From positions 21,328,995-21,392,994 of the forward strand of contig OZ037765.1 in assembly GCA_964035545.1 (NCBI GenBank): DNA of 64,000 bases. Direction: 5' to 3'. The notes below the pieces were generated by a model. It did no database searches. It was not told the DNA's origin and saw nothing but the letters and a program-made list of their open reading frames with translations. Made by a program: the position numbers and the translations under genes. Shown piece by piece: positions 24,701-35,484 of the stretch (the stretch's first letter is position 1; the number at the start of each line of letters is the position of its first letter). The DNA comes from Bugula neritina (taxonomy: Eukaryota > Animalia > Bryozoa).

Positions 24701-26392
24701 CTATTGAGTAAAAAATGTTTTAAAAAATGAAGGTTTTACGAAAAAACTGTTGAAAGTTACAGTTGTTACTTATCAATGCCAAATACTATAATTGCGCAAT
24801 TATATTATTAAAATGCAACAATTAAAGAGTTTTCATTGGTTATTTTGTTTTTTTTCATTATTTCATTTATTTGCATGTTGTGCTGCTACATTTATTGACT
24901 TGCATCCAAATTATTAATTATAATAATGCTATTCTACCAGTGATGAGTACCATGTTGTATAGCATCTACCCTGAACAATTACTGTATCTCTATTCACATA
25001 ACATTTGAACAAATTTTATAAAACATACATAATAGTGAAACTCAGTAAATTAATTAGTACTATAGGAAGTTGTTTCAAGTGTGCACAATGCTAAATAACA
25101 ATATAATCTATTATGTAATAGTGTTTTTCATTTTGGCACTGTTACATAATAATATGTTGAGGTTGAACAATACCTTTAATTGGTGGTCAATCACCTATAA
25201 ATGTCGTTTGTTGTATTGTTAAATAATATCTTGCAAAGTTTTGATTATATTACAGATAACAAGTTGTTATAACCAATAAAAATTATTAATAAATTGAAAC
25301 TAATTAATTTTAATAGTTTACTGTTTGTTTAACTGCAAATTTGGAAGAAATATTCTAGCTATGCTAATATTGTAGAGCGAGCAAAACATACAGTGACTAC
25401 TATTGGACCGGCTGTTATTAACGGTGGATTCAGCACTTTTTTAGCTTTTATTTTGTTGTCAACTTCTAGTTCATACGTATTCTCAACATTCTTTAAGGTT
25501 AGTAAGAGCATTCTACTACAAATTTGCATAGTAGATTATTGCAAGTAAATGTTTTTTCATTTGCACATAAATAATAATAATATACTAAAGGCTGGTGACT
25601 AACAGAGCCAAACTACAGGAAGTTTTAAAAGCACAGTTCTTGCTTTTTAGACACTTATAGTAATTCTGAGCTGATATCATTATAATATTCAATTAGAGTG
25701 AGTAAGCAAGAGGCATTTCGAAATGTATTTAACAAGCTAATTTTTGATAACAGCATGCAAGAACAATGCTCAATTTTGGCAGCTTTTAAAATTACCATGT
25801 TTGAACATTAAATTGAGTTTTCTTAAAAAATGGCATGCTAAACTGAAATATACATATATATAAAAAATGCGATGTCAAAATTGCTTGAACTGTGCATGCA
25901 AAGTGCGTAAGCATTTTTGGACTTGACATTTTATTTACATTTTAGGTGTTTTTCTTGGTTGTCGTATTTGGCTTATTCAATGGAGTGTGTGTTCTACCGG
26001 TATTATTAAGTTGGATGGGTCCACCTCCCTATCTCAATGCTAAAAGCATGACCCCGTCTGAAGAAAGTAGTGTTAAACTCCATACATTCTCTGCAACACA
26101 TCTTCCAAATGGACTTCCTGCTCCACATTATACTGTAAATGATGTCAGCTCAAAATCTGAATCTCCAGTATTGGATAAAGACATTAAAGAAAAAAACAAT
26201 GATAATTCGATTAGTGTTGATAGGTGTGATCCACAAAGAATGTTAGTTGAGCCCATGAATCATACAGGTCAAGAGTCGTTCCCTCTTCTCAAGGAAAACT
26301 CATTTACACATCATCCGCTCAGCTGTGAACAATTAATAAAAGACTGCGAAGAATATTTAGAGGCAGAGAAAAATGGTAATGATAAAGAGTGA
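769..26392 (+). CDS. Patched domain-containing / NPC1-like sterol-sensing RND membrane protein (PTCHD3-like), 16 coding exons
   Basis: Exons joined in phase by eye: 769-1019, 1980-2226, 18086-18180, 18605-18872, 19466-19569, 20052-20172, 21027-21150, 21442-21614, 21988-22236, 22864-23038, 23153-23314, 23506-23633, 23801-24076, 24488-24632, 25376-25497, 25946-26392. Motifs: LERFFYKFGYAIASKPW, SSD motif LLLGLGVDDMF, GVSITVTSITDFVAFSIG, second GxxxD motif SIGLAIDYSAH, FGLFNGVCVLPVLLS. An acceptor at 748-749 implies a further upstream exon, so the start codon is uncertain. Confidence 0.9.
781..915 (+). repeat. Coding degenerate tandem repeat (L[D/N]TEKG-type units, about 5 copies)
   Basis: LDTEKGFG-LDPEKGCE-LNTLSKKGHE-LNTEKGHESDE-LDTEKEHS in the first coding exon; the DNA core acagagaaag recurs. 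Confidence 0.75.
2483..2821. mobile_element. hAT (Charlie-like) MITE, 339 bp
   Basis: Imperfect TIRs CAGGGCTGCCCAAC / GTTGGACACCCCTG; perfect 8-bp TSD CTCTAAAG at 2475-2482 and 2822-2829. Confidence 0.85.
4316..5033 (-). repeat. 3' LTR
   Basis: Direct repeat of 12255-12972 at constant offset 7939; no differences seen by eye. Confidence 0.97.
5034..5044 (-). other. Polypurine tract
   Basis: Minus strand GGAGGGGAGTG immediately precedes the TG of the 3' LTR. Confidence 0.8.
5251..11109 (-). CDS. pol: Gypsy Pol polyprotein (protease, RT, RNase H, integrase) with long C-terminal C2H2 zinc-finger extension; probably made as Gag-Pol by -1 frameshift
   Basis: FLLDTGCT (aspartic protease); RFCVDYRKLN, LPFGL, YLDD (RT); LDTDAS, ERNYCTTRKELLAVV (RNase H); H-H-C-C, VDLVGP, HTDQGAQF, VERNNR, GPY (integrase); then CPTC..H..H and CPC..H..H fingers. 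The ORF-track start at 11172 is TTG and unlikely to be used. Confidence 0.96.
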   Translation of the reverse strand, partial: VKHPRPAVISATRRPSLQTHPRRVYSAPREAQTKPPSSEWQAPRRTWRPKGLPEPPAWPLNNRFAGLPEEVVEEDTDSDRDFPRLPSKPQKTPVVPRTCKRPTVQTQEVSPPETDYSKHTQPYGSSYFLPGKIAGKAATFLLDTGCTTNLLSRRLFDTLGARERESLKPYNGEHGTLADGSSIPFYGLISLPGRVRDLVIHETFIVSHLKEDAILGMPFLEEHQCHMDFNKSAIVVDGKELTCVDKFGRPLVGGVQVVRDSLIPGRSQATLLCRVNCKEISELGVVEGMHGKVQLANSLNRLDCRGEFLVQCINPYAEPVKLSAGSLVGRYHLVQETDVGPTLDATSETPSRPLESGMGPVPEHVAELYKGACGGCGSNVERQRMAQLLREYQDVFSQGDEDMGLTNVVRHEIPLVTGTAPIRQPTRRLGPEKEREVSRQVQDLLDRDLIEPAHGAWSSPVVLVKKKDGSWRFCVDYRKLNSVTIQDAYPLPRIDESLDALAGSRYFSTLDLLSGYWQVPLSPDAQDKAAFITRDGLWRWKVLPFGLTSAPATFQRLMEQVLSGLHWKTLLVYLDDVIVISPDFSTHVSRLREVFDRLRAAGLKLKPSKCALLQQEVKYLGHVVSRDGVATDPEKVRAVQDWTVPQDIHELRAFLGLVGYYRQYIPEFAGMAQPLNRLTAKGVRWRWTQEEQQAFDHLKARLVEAPILAYPDPTKQYILDTDASDHSMGAVLSQVQGGTEVVVAYYSKALSSAERNYCTTRKELLAVVKAVKHIRPYLYGRTFRLRTDHASLIWLCKRAEPSSQVARWLEILAEFSYRIEHRAGRKHGNADGLSRRPERDCKQCLHIEKRDGGPARSEVETQLKETEAYRWEQGRLQSDVHSDAVQALRVNPTLARNVQDLCRLQETLPGVVGEIFRAKKEGRRPGEEEQRQKGVEFQQFCHRWDSLKFNSDGLLTISLAADRQHQERERVVCPHPLRRELIWETHKQAHAGTSRVIRCLQMRWYWPGMTRDVRLQIRQCEICQASKHGRSTETTGRRRLYAGRPWQTVAVDLVGPMPTSARGNNWILVLTDHFTRWADALAIPDASAPTVARALDQHVFCYFGLPEQIHTDQGAQFQSQLMRDLCRVWGVNQSRTTPYHPQGNGVVERNNRMLGDALRSLLLGKSQEEWDAVLPQIMRAYRSTPHSSTQETPNFLMLGRETRVPDHLTYHVPLPEGPVHEYVRELVDRMRTAHEVLREKQWQVRGEDSDEPPLYQAGDWVWMISYRRKRGQSAKLQPKFVGPYCIIEVLPNHTYRVERSGQISVQSEKRLKPYWASPGAVGQAPPLLEPARRPTGGGRAPPTREWELPYNIPERNPEAQEPPPTVQEPPEQPAPQAPPPVRPPPAIPERLDPPTLEVGESRATNPGGQATLPDTEGLRRSQRTRRPPGYLGEYYCGQIGKGYLSSEDEGPPLYYNYSPPNHTTREARYRQGITSMFLTQIGQKPDPEVGKTQARDSRDKPRTHTSFIPIAASTHATRNLISRHLTNMDITPTHLNVEEESGAHPGKSTRLELPPIPENCLGGDDRRNSNSDSQSKFEMWRTHTWNSGGSESPNRDYLLDQDIQSVTLPPPRQLAVSRRVPYKDITNNRVSQPSRVGDIGQTRPAQLSISVVDTDKVVEPASTTLTSFGRSSEIATPQEQVMEGDTETPATVVDIGLDEGEEQSILSSSETTDPPQGLGGAGELGLPRVFSTRSHWTSTKTRILIAEACGEPSNTKCPTCGRSFTSHRRLRIHVQQHYVNSFCPCGEFSFQRDYVLKHQRIGRCHTGRIFDVDADNYLEFRDLILPHISDPKKRELLSQGFPACRPTSQTQPPEDPPSCELPPTQPLRVVVTRAEATAEGDRWTPRETARTRRERRRQGAPRPRSTTPYTTRHTHRGPPESLEDVYRGLDRISEELGRIRRRLQDLEQPARP
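11066..11109 (-). promoter_or_regulatory. Programmed -1 ribosomal frameshift signal
   Basis: Minus strand: G_TTA_AAC heptamer in gag phase (11109-11103), 6-nt spacer, then 9-bp stem GGCCTGCGG/CCGCAGGCC with a 13-nt loop containing the gag stop; pol is in the -1 frame. Confidence 0.8.
11085..12185 (-). CDS. gag: Gypsy Gag, 366 aa
   Basis: Capsid-like region (PVFDGEGNVEQFLQEF...W...LRSCLTGRA); CCHC knuckle CWKCGTTGHVQRDC; ATG about 50 nt after the PBS. Confidence 0.95.
   Translation of the reverse strand: MDPLRPAPELGPDDEPAGGRFTLETLIRTLWEDRAAVQAPPGDRFRLKAPVFDGEGNVEQFLQEFREVAVASQWPAQVELLQLRSCLTGRAKPYAVGPNRDHIIEALRGRFGLTVRDARARLQGLRRDPKVSLQDHANKVEQLVQVAYGNVDLESRQAITFDIFLQSLNNLSLQRYLLAAGVDTIEAALTRGKAYYQIGGSQDCDSSARRVESDWGEAAEDIRPRPQVAAAATTPPTPPELSMVLEVVDKLQEEIATLRRAQTTDRPDRSYGSQPNKDAQLEPRVAATAPTPSTSAEVSMVLEVVRDLQAEVKALRRAQTTNRPNQPRSSRPEGSSLTCWKCGTTGHVQRDCPRGRSGPLNTQGLR
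12236..12253 (-). other. Primer-binding site, complementary to the tRNA-Leu 3' end
   Basis: TGGTGGCAGCAGTGGGAT, 1 nt from the 5' LTR; its complement ATCCCACTGCTGCCACCA resembles metazoan tRNA-Leu(AAG/UAG) 3' ends recalled from memory. Confidence 0.8.
12255..12972 (-). repeat. 5' LTR with TATA box (TATAAAA, 12603-12597) and AATAAA (about 12399-12394)
   Basis: Copy of 4316-5033; adjacent to the PBS. Confidence 0.97.
13891..17553 (+). mobile_element. Degenerate Academ-like DNA transposon with ~160-bp TIRs
   Basis: Termini TAGTCTGGCAGAA...TTCTGCCAGACTA; TIRs about 13891-14049 and 17405-17553; 3-bp TSD TTA; broken transposase remnants (GIWSDMTIEVTFVRFGHSKG, KIQSDSKDRESVKRKIELCNDPL, TLPPTDEA). 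Superfamily inferred from the TAG..CTA ends, TSD length and remembered motifs. Confidence 0.8.
15575..15900 (+). mobile_element. 5'-truncated RTE-clade LINE fragment nested in the Academ-like element
   Basis: ATEMRMLRNIYNMNWEDHVTNDNIKE...RRRPFQWYGHVRRR...RKRKRG is a typical RTE RT C-terminus; it interrupts the transposase. Boundaries approximate. Confidence 0.75.
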
Positions 26393-27010
26393 AACTAGAT
26401 CTTGTAGAATTGCGATTACTTATTTTCACCTCATCTTCAATTATTTGTTACATTTATTACTAGGAAATTTTTATTGTTTGTAGAGACTTTTTTGAATATA
26501 TATTTTTTAGAAACAATAGCATGACTACCTTACATGCAATACTAAAATAAGTTTTTGAGGACAAGGCCTCAGAAATAGTTCACTAATCAAAACAGAATGC
26601 TGAATGCATCAAAGTCTAATATCTGACAGAATAATATCAACGCTATTAAAAACCTGCAGCTAAAAATTAGACCAATTATAAACATAGAAAGAAAAAAGTA
26701 TTAAATATAATACATAAAACCAAAATGTGTATAAAGAATTATACATGCATAGCAAACTGTGCAAATCAGTGAATAAGAAACACAGCTGGCACCAAAAAAG
26801 TCAGTCATGCTAGAATGAGCTAAAAATCATAAATGGAATGTCTTGTGGACACAGTAAATGGAATGTTGACCAGTAAGTGGAATGTTGACAAGAAGTAACT
26901 AGCACACACCATGGTGTGAAATAAAGACTGCAAATGAGATGCAAATATTCTAAATATTGAAGTTAAAGTAGCAACGTGATAACATCATTATAATAACAGG
27001 GTGTATCTGA

Positions 27011-29134
27011 TCAAACAGAACTGGCATTTACTCCGTAATCCCTGAAATCAGTAGTAGAGACAGATCTCTGCCGATCAGCCAATGACTCGAAGGAGTAAGC
27101 AGTGGACGGTGGTCTGCTGTACGTGGTGATGCTGCCTGTTCTGTAACTCAGACCGAGGTCAAAGTTCCAAACAGCTCTCTTCGTCTTTCGGGCTTTTCCA
27201 AATTCATGCTCTTCAAGTTGTTGGTAGAATGACAGCACACAGATGATAGCCCAAAACTGCATAAATTAATAAAACAGCTACGGGTATTTAGCCTATCAAT
27301 GTCAGTGATGACTATATGGCCTACATCAATAGTACCCTAAACAGCCTAGAAAGTTTTCAACTAACTCAAAAACTCATTTTAGAGCATTAAGCAGTTTCAA
27401 ACTGATAAAATATTCAAGTGATGAAACAGTTTATATAAATTCAAAGATGTTTGTCAAAATATTTTTCTGTTTTTTATATGAAAATAACTTGTGCCTAAAA
27501 CAAAAATTTTCAAAATTATTAAAGAAATCTTAATGCCATCTCCCACAAGTAAAATACTGTGTAAAGTTAAAAAAACACTTCAAACTTTTTGGATAAAACT
27601 GTGGAGACATCGATAGAATTGCTGCCACTAAGCGCTAAAGCACAAGCATATAACATTTCATGAAAGGAAATAACTGGCAGTCTGTAAAGCACACATTATA
27701 TTGTGTGCCGTATTCACCATGTGTTAAAAAAAATGTAATGAATAGTTTTAAAAATTTTGCAAGGCAGACATGGCAAAAGTTGACCTAAAGCATATTTATC
27801 TGCTTGCATCCTGGTATTTAAATCTTGATGTTATTCAGCCAATGCAATGGCTAAAACACTTAACAAATGCATGCTTTATATTCAAATTTTATTTTGAAAC
27901 AGAATGGGAAAGATACTAAGAGTTCAGAATGAGTAGCATGATTGTGAAAGAAAATTTATTGAATACATAATTCAGCTGAACCATTCAATGAGCCATCATT
28001 TCTAATTTCAACCATTATAATCAATTAGCCCCAACCATTATTTAAAATGAAAAAACTTTTGAAAAATTAAGCAATCGCTAATAATCTTTAGTTGGATTAG
28101 AAAACCACAATGCAAAATCTATAAATAAAGATAACATATTTACTTACCATAACAAATGTGTCAATAATTGCCCACCACACTCCAACAACCAGTTCTCGGT
28201 GCATAAAGTATAGATCCTAAAATTCGATAAATAAAAGTGATTGCTTATATCGAGCATGTACAGGACTGTTAACCATTATAGTCTGTAATAAGATTAAGAT
28301 AAGGTAAATTGATAAAGCCAGTTCAATACTTACATATAACCTATAGTACTGTAAATATCCACAGATGTATATCACAACAGTCACAATATACAGCTCAAAT
28401 ATGGCATTCAATACAACCCAGGCCAGTATGTAGTTCTTGCTCTCTAAATAATTTCCCTGAAATCATAAATAAGAAAAAAGAGCATACAATACAATTTTAA
28501 AGTTTTAAAATGAGTGACGCAACTGAAAACCGAATTTAAAAATCACAAACTTTGTATAATCATAAAAAATAGTCTAGACTACGAAAGCAATATAAGCTTT
28601 CATTCACAGTGCCCTAAAATAAAGCATACACATGCATATTTACTATATTTATACAACTTTGAATATATGGTACTTTCAACACGTGGTAATCCAACTTGGT
28701 AATTAGCTTATAATACTATACAATCCACTATCAGATATGTCCTGCTCCTTTATATAACTCTATTAGTATAAACATAAAATGGAACATAAAGGAAAAGAAA
28801 TAATCAACTTACTCTTTGAATTCCGCTCCATAAGAGAATTCCCACTATCAGCTTCACAATGACAAAAATGAAGGATATGTACAAAAAGGCATCAGAACCT
28901 GAAATTGGGGAGACAATGATAAGCATTAGAAAATAATAATATATACAAGTAAATAAAAGTGACAGATATAATGTCACTAAGTGGAAGTAGAGGACCAGTA
29001 TACAGCTTACCAGGTGGAAACCAGTACACAATTTCATTGTCATTCCATCTATCATCCAAGTTTGGCGCATATCTTATCATTACCATTTTATATATAGCCC
29101 AACCAGCCATAATCAACTGGACAGCTCCAACAAC
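27011..29134 (-). CDS. Four-TM membrane protein, LAPTM/DUF4728-like; N-terminal exon not located
   Basis: In-phase exons 29134-29011, 28898-28813, 28456-28334, 28216-28148, 27256-27011 with GT-AG sites; four hydrophobic segments, last followed by ICVLSFYQQL and a Ser/Thr-rich tail ending ASSV. Confidence 0.7.
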
Positions 29135-31721
29135 CTGAAATATTAAATCAAACTTTTCAATGGCCAATCAAAAATGCACAGGTATCAGAGTTGTTTACCC
29201 GTTAGAGCAAGACAAACTCAAAGATAATAAAAAGGCAGTTTAGTGTAAGATGCTTATGGTTAAAATATCACACACTAAACAACTTCCCAATGCTTAAGAT
29301 TAAAAGTGATTGGAGTATAACATGTTTTCAATGTAGATGCAAGACTACCACTATCATACTGAGTATGAGGATGGCAATGTTAATTCTTATAATAAACATA
29401 TAATTGTAAATGCTTATTAGTTATTATACTTGTTATTTATAATAATTAATATAAACTATCAGCATAATTATCAATATTTTCTCATTTATTCTAAATTTAT
29501 GATATTTATATCATAAATGTTATTAAAATATTAACAGCCATGAAGTTCAACTACAACAAATTGAATTATATAACGTGAAAGTTATTTTCTACATTCTATA
29601 AGTGAGACATTTTAGCATAGTTATTATGATTATAATAATATACATATCTGCTTAAAGTGGACAACTCTGGTTTCTATTATTAGCAAAACATTAGTAAAAT
29701 AACATGTCCGCATTAAATTCAAATACTCAGCACTAACATAATAGAATCAACAACACATTTATGCAGCAATACAAAAACCTGCAGAAATTATTATTACTTA
29801 TTATTGAGTAACACCAATTATATTCTGCTACATTATTATACTAATTATTATTCCGATAGGTTGAAAGCAGCAAAATTAATTAGAACCAAGCCAAAGTCCA
29901 ATGAAAGTACCTGACTTTATCAGACACCAGGCAGTCTTTAAACTGAGCTATCAGTCACAAACTTAGGATAAGCATCAGTAAGAGCATGAGCATCACTGAC
30001 TCTAAGTCTTAGACAAAGTATTACTATTACTATTACTATTAGTATTACATTCATTGATTTACTATTGGACTAATGGCAATACTATCACTATTACTGTATT
30101 AGTATAACTTTAGTCTTTAACTTAAACTGTAAGATGTACTTTCACTTTCAGGTGTAGTAACTGTAAGTATAGCAATTTACGCAATAGCCAAGTTGATCGC
30201 ATTATCATTATGATTATGATAACAGTTACCGTTTTATTTACAACGATATCACTAACAGCGACTAGATATTAATTTCAAATTGTTCTTAAAGTTATTAAAA
30301 TTTAATCCTACCGTTGAATATACACACGAAGCATAGCTTCCTTTTTTGATAGAATCCGGGTATTGCCACCAGCAACAGCAACTTTTAAGAAGAACCATAT
30401 CTCAAAGTCAATCTCAATCTGAATCTCAATTTCAAACTTCAAACAGAAATAAAAAAAAAATACAATATGGTTATTGTATTTAGATATCAAGTGAGTTCAT
30501 ATAATGAGTGGCCCACGTAAATTTAAAAAATATAACCAAAACTCAGACTGAAAGTAAAGTTCACTGTTAATTTACAATTACTGTTACACTTGGACTTACA
30601 GTTACTGTTGATAATTATCATAACAGTGGATGTTCCTGTCTATCTAAATGTGTCACACAACCTAAAGGTTTAAAAGCGAACAATTATTTTGACCTATAAA
30701 CAGTTCCTGATATATTTTTTGTTATGCCTTCAATATTAGACATATAGGTCACTATTCAACTGTGCCCAGTTTTACTTGCCAAGAAAGTTTTCAGTTATGA
30801 ATCGCTATGTTCATCTGTAATTATAACCTTAGTGACTTGCAGAATTTAATGTGCACCGTGCGATAATAGTAGCACTGCTGAAAGCAGTTTGTTTTTATTA
30901 ATTCCTTGGGCTAAATCCACTAGGGTTGGTAGAAGCCACTGAATTTTTTTCGATTTAGCATATTTATTTTATTTCAGTAGATACAATCCACTGAGATATA
31001 GTTCTAGTTCAATGGTTAAATCACTAAAATTATATACAACATATCTACAAGTAGAAGCATAATATTTGTGATATTTTATTTTATTTTATGACAAATAATA
31101 TTGATAATATTAATATTTTAATAATATTTATAATTATTAATTATATTATTGGATTTAATTATCATAATAATAATATTAATTATCATCATAATCTATTAGT
31201 ATCATTAGTACTAATAGTAATAGATTACTATTAGTATTAGTATCAGTATTACTATTACTGTATTAGACTTACTAATAATATTATTATTATTATTTTAGTG
31301 GGTAGAACTACAAGAGACTAAAATAAAAATAGAAATAATTATAATAATATAAATATAAAATATTAATATATTTGATATAAATCTTAATCATTATGGTAAT
31401 CATTATGATTGAATAAGTGTAACTAAATTTAATAGTTATTGATTCATTAATTATCATTAAATTTAATGATTACCACTATAATCAATAATGATTCATTATT
31501 ATTATTAATATTATTGTATAAATATGTTAATGTTTCCTAGTTTACCTTTAACTTTATATTTACTTAGCGACTTACTTTTTATCCTATAGTTATTGAAATT
31601 TATATTGATGTCCGCTTCATATCAATATTGAGTTTGATATTGCAAACAATAACTGTAAGTATCAGTATACTGGTAATCTAATTTTATATTATATATCTAA
31701 TTAGGATAATTGCTTTTCAGT

Positions 31722-32510
31722 CTTGGGGCACAATGAATAATATTGTACTAGAGCACACAGATCACTACAAATACCTAGGAGTGATGCTACAGTCAGATAT
31801 GAAGTTCACGTACCACATAGCCAACAAAATATGCAATGCGAGAAACGAAATTGGTATGATCAGGAAAGCTCTCTACTGGGCATCGGAGATAGCCAGACTG
31901 ATTGCTTATAAGTTTCTCTGCGGTCTTCACCTAGAATATGCCTCTTGTGCCTGGGACCCATCTTCAAACAAATAGAAATGGTTCAGAATATGGATAGAAA
32001 TGCCCTAGAAATGGTTCAGAATCAAAGAGTGAGATTAAAGGGATTAAAGGGCAGCAGAGTGGTCACAGAGGCCAAGGAGAAACTCCAAATACAGCAACTG
32101 AATGTTTGGCAGAAGAACTCTTTAGTGAAACTGCTGTATAAGATACTCCCGAAAGAGGAATCACATCCTGCTCTCAGCACATCTTAGGATGAAATTATGA
32201 ATCAGCCTCCGACTTCAGTTCAGACAAGAGCTACTATCAAAAAGGAACCATTTTTTATTTCCACAACTGCTTCCACAACAGTTTTCTCCCTCGTACAATA
32301 CGGAACCTGAAAAAATAGAAGCAACCGATTAGACCTACTGTTACCCCCCTCCCCAACAACTGGAAGGGTTGATGAACCTTCTCTGTACCCAATGCCCAAC
32401 CCATGAGATTGTATTCTGGAACAATGTTCTTGTAATAAAAATATGTCGAAAAATTGAGGCACGCCCCTTACGCCCCCCTAGGCGGTCTACCATGATGATG
32501 CCGTTGATGT
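31722..32510 (+). mobile_element. 5'-truncated, frameshifted CR1/L2-group LINE 3' end
   Basis: KYLGVMLQSDMKFTYHI...LIAYKFLCGLHLEYASCAWDP...LEMVQN...FLPRT, with stops and frameshifts. Confidence 0.8.
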
Positions 32511-32939
32511 AAGTTGGTGTAATATAATTATATCAATATGATAGCTTAAACTCCCACATTATGTATAAATGTTGATATAATTTTATTAATAATTATTATA
32601 TAATAATAATTCAATTTGAAAATCTTCGTTAAATTTTGACTTTAAGCTTAACTTAAACTTGTTTTCTATTAGTATTACTATTAGTATTACTACTACTATA
32701 ATTATTACTGTTTCATTTAGTATAAGATTCTAAGTATTAATATTGTTATTATTACATACTTTAAGTTTAATGATAGATATTTAATAGAATAACCTTATTT
32801 ATACTATGCATATATAATCAATATTATTAGTCTAGATTTATAATAACTAGTAGTTTATAGTTTATAATGATTGGTATTGTATTTATGATTAACACACATT
32901 CGCACACAAATTGTGAATCTTGTCCTTTAGTGAGTTATT

Positions 32940-33775
32940 CAGTATGGCGTCTCCATCCTTACATGTTCTCTTTATGCAATCTGGCAAGCTGTATTTTTTA
33001 ATCCATACACATTCTCTACTTGACATTATTTCTTTTGCTGCCTTCCCTTCTGCTAACATACAGTTTGTCCTCAGCTGCTCTTAGGTGAAGTGTCCATCTC
33101 TTTCAGCTCATCAACAGTGCAGTCAAGTATTCCAGCTGTGTAAGGCACTGCTTTCGCTGCTCATGTATTTATTGCTCTTATGACATTACCTTCATTCAGT
33201 TTTTGAGTCCAGAACTTCTTTTATTGATTTATAATGCTCCTTCTGGATCATATCTTTTATTTATTCAATTCTTCTATCTGCCTCCAAGGTACTTATACAG
33301 CTTCTCACTAAAGTCTTGGTTTACCTGTTCATCAGGCACGCTGATTCCTGCGTCTTCAATTTCCGTCCCTCTTTTCATGCTCAAGTGAAAATCCTAACAA
33401 TGCTTACTCAATCTTCTAGTTCTGACTTGAATCTTCTGTAAAGTTTCAAATCATTCATATGGTTTATTTTCTTTCCTCGTCTGAGCTTGTATTCTTTAAC
33501 AGTTTTTCTTATTAGAATTCATAAAGAAATAAGAGCAGTCAAAAATAGGAGCGGGATAAAGAATCTCCTTTGAAAATTTTGCACTTGATGTTTACTTCTC
33601 CAATCTTTTTGTTAAGGTATTCTAGCTCTATCTTCCAAGACTTTATACTTTTTCTTATCAATCGCATCACATTACTAGCCGTTCTAGTTGGTTGCATTTT
33701 CTCTGATACCCATGAGTGTGGTAGCATGTTATATGTTTTCTGGTAGTCTATCTAGCAGGTTGCTAGGTTAGTACT
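32940..33775 (-). mobile_element. Degenerate non-LTR RT fragment, R4/Dong-like
   Basis: Remnants IDYQKTYNMLPHSWV and NIKCKIFKGDSLS (compare IDYKKAYDxVPHSW and GIFQGDSLSP), with multiple disablements. Confidence 0.65.
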
Positions 33776-34111
33776 TATTTTTATTGATATTAGTATTGAT
33801 TAAGTTTAACACCAATTTGCCCACCAATAGTCTAACTATAATTATAAGTTGAAACATTCTAGGTATTAACTAAAACGTGTAGTACAACATTAGCTTTAAC
33901 TAATTGATTTACATATTTTTATAAGTTTATAAATTATTATAAAGAAAATTAAGTACGTTTTCAAACTTAACTTAGGTGCAAGTGTGTCACTATCAATATC
34001 ATGTATACTCATACTGATAATGTCAATTTCAATGGGCATGGCAATAGCCAATAATTCCCACCGTTGGACTGAGAGCGAAACAATAATTAGTATTAAAGTT
34101 ATTATTTCTCA

Positions 34112-34691
34112 AGAGCTGGGTTCAAGTCGCATGGACTCAAGTACTTTCTAATTAAAGGACATGAAATTCCTTGACTTGAACCGATTTGCTAAAACTTTTG
34201 ACTTGACTCCTTTTGACCCGCTCAACTAATTAATTGAAGTTAAAGTTAAAGATTTTAATTGATTTGCTCAGGTTACAATTTGAGATTTCTGTAATGTGGA
34301 GTAATTAATAGTTTAAGGCTAATTTAGTTTTTATAGCGTAAGTTCACATGAATGTAATGATAATGACTTAATACCAATAATGTGTTAATAGAAGTTATAG
34401 GGATCAACTATACATGTAATTTAATGTAGTTAATCTTTATTTGATTATTCATAGAATATTCAATATATAACTAAAGAACATGAATTCGAAAATAGGTAGA
34501 CCTAGACTTGAAGCTATAACTTTCATTTATTTTTATTTAATGCATGTAACTACTTAACTTCTATTAATAGTATGTATTTTTTTATTGATTTGAAGTTGAT
34601 CAAGTATTTGCAAGTTAGTTCAAGTCATTCAATATTTTGATTTGAAAGTATTTTCCCTTTATTTGACTTACTGTGACTTCAACCCAACTTA
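34112..34691. mobile_element. Possible old MITE
   Basis: Inverted ends AGCTGGGTTCAAGTCGCA / TGTGACTTCAACCCAACT and internal GACTTGA/TCAAGT repeats; no clear TSD. Confidence 0.4.
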
Positions 34692-34828
34692 GATAAGTTT
34701 GCTATAAGTATAGTATGATTATATTGTGAGAAACAGCTATCAATTTTTTTTTAATTCCTTGATATATTTTCAAAACAAAATGAAGTGAAAAAGACTAATT
34801 TCATTATTTGCAGTTGTTTCTCTTGGCT

Positions 34829-35322
34829 ATGTCAACAATTAAACCTGTTAGATCAGCTAAAGAAAAAGCTATAGCCTGCAATACATTAATCTGCCTGCTT
34901 CAAGGACTTATTGGTCAAAGAGCTACAATAGAACTGAGAAATGAGTCTAGCGTCACTGGGCTCATTCTAGATGTAGATATTTATATGAACGTATCTATGT
35001 CCGAGGTTTCTTATACTGGTACAGGGAGTAGCACTGTGAATTTGGAGGCATTTTACGTTCGTGGAAAAAATATTAGATTTGTCTTCATTCCGGACCATGT
35101 AAGTATTCTCATCAAATGTTTTAATGTAAAATAAAACATTTTCTCAAGAGTGTTTTGGCATTTTTCATTAACTTTGAGCTATTCATTTTGTTCTAGATTG
35201 ACATTTTAAGCACTATTAAAAAGCAAGTTACTCCAAGAAGATACATTCGTCCTCATCATTCCAAGAGGGAAAATAGATACAAAATTATATCGGAAGCCCT
35301 TAGTCGCCCAGCATCTTCCTAG
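34829..35322 (+). CDS. LSM10: U7 snRNA-associated Sm-like protein LSm10
   Basis: Exons 34829-35098 and 35197-35322; NTLICLLQGLIGQRATIELRNESSVTG...VDIYMNV...FYVRGKNIRFVFIPD matches the LSm10 Sm1/Sm2 pattern. Confidence 0.9.
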
Positions 35323-35484
35323 AACCCAGCTGATTCCTAGAATTGGTAGGTTATTGTTCTCTGTAAAATTCTTTTTGTAAAGGAGCTTTCAAAATTTTTT
35401 TTCATGTTTTCCATATTTATGGTACTTTTGGTATCTAAATATATGATCTTATAAATCCTGCAGATTCCGCTACCGCTACTGGCT

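Noticed and set aside
29735-29778. Candidate first exon of the four-TM gene (FLYCCINVLLILL)
   Set aside because: In that frame the donor phase does not match the phase-0 acceptor at 29134 and no start codon was found; left unresolved.
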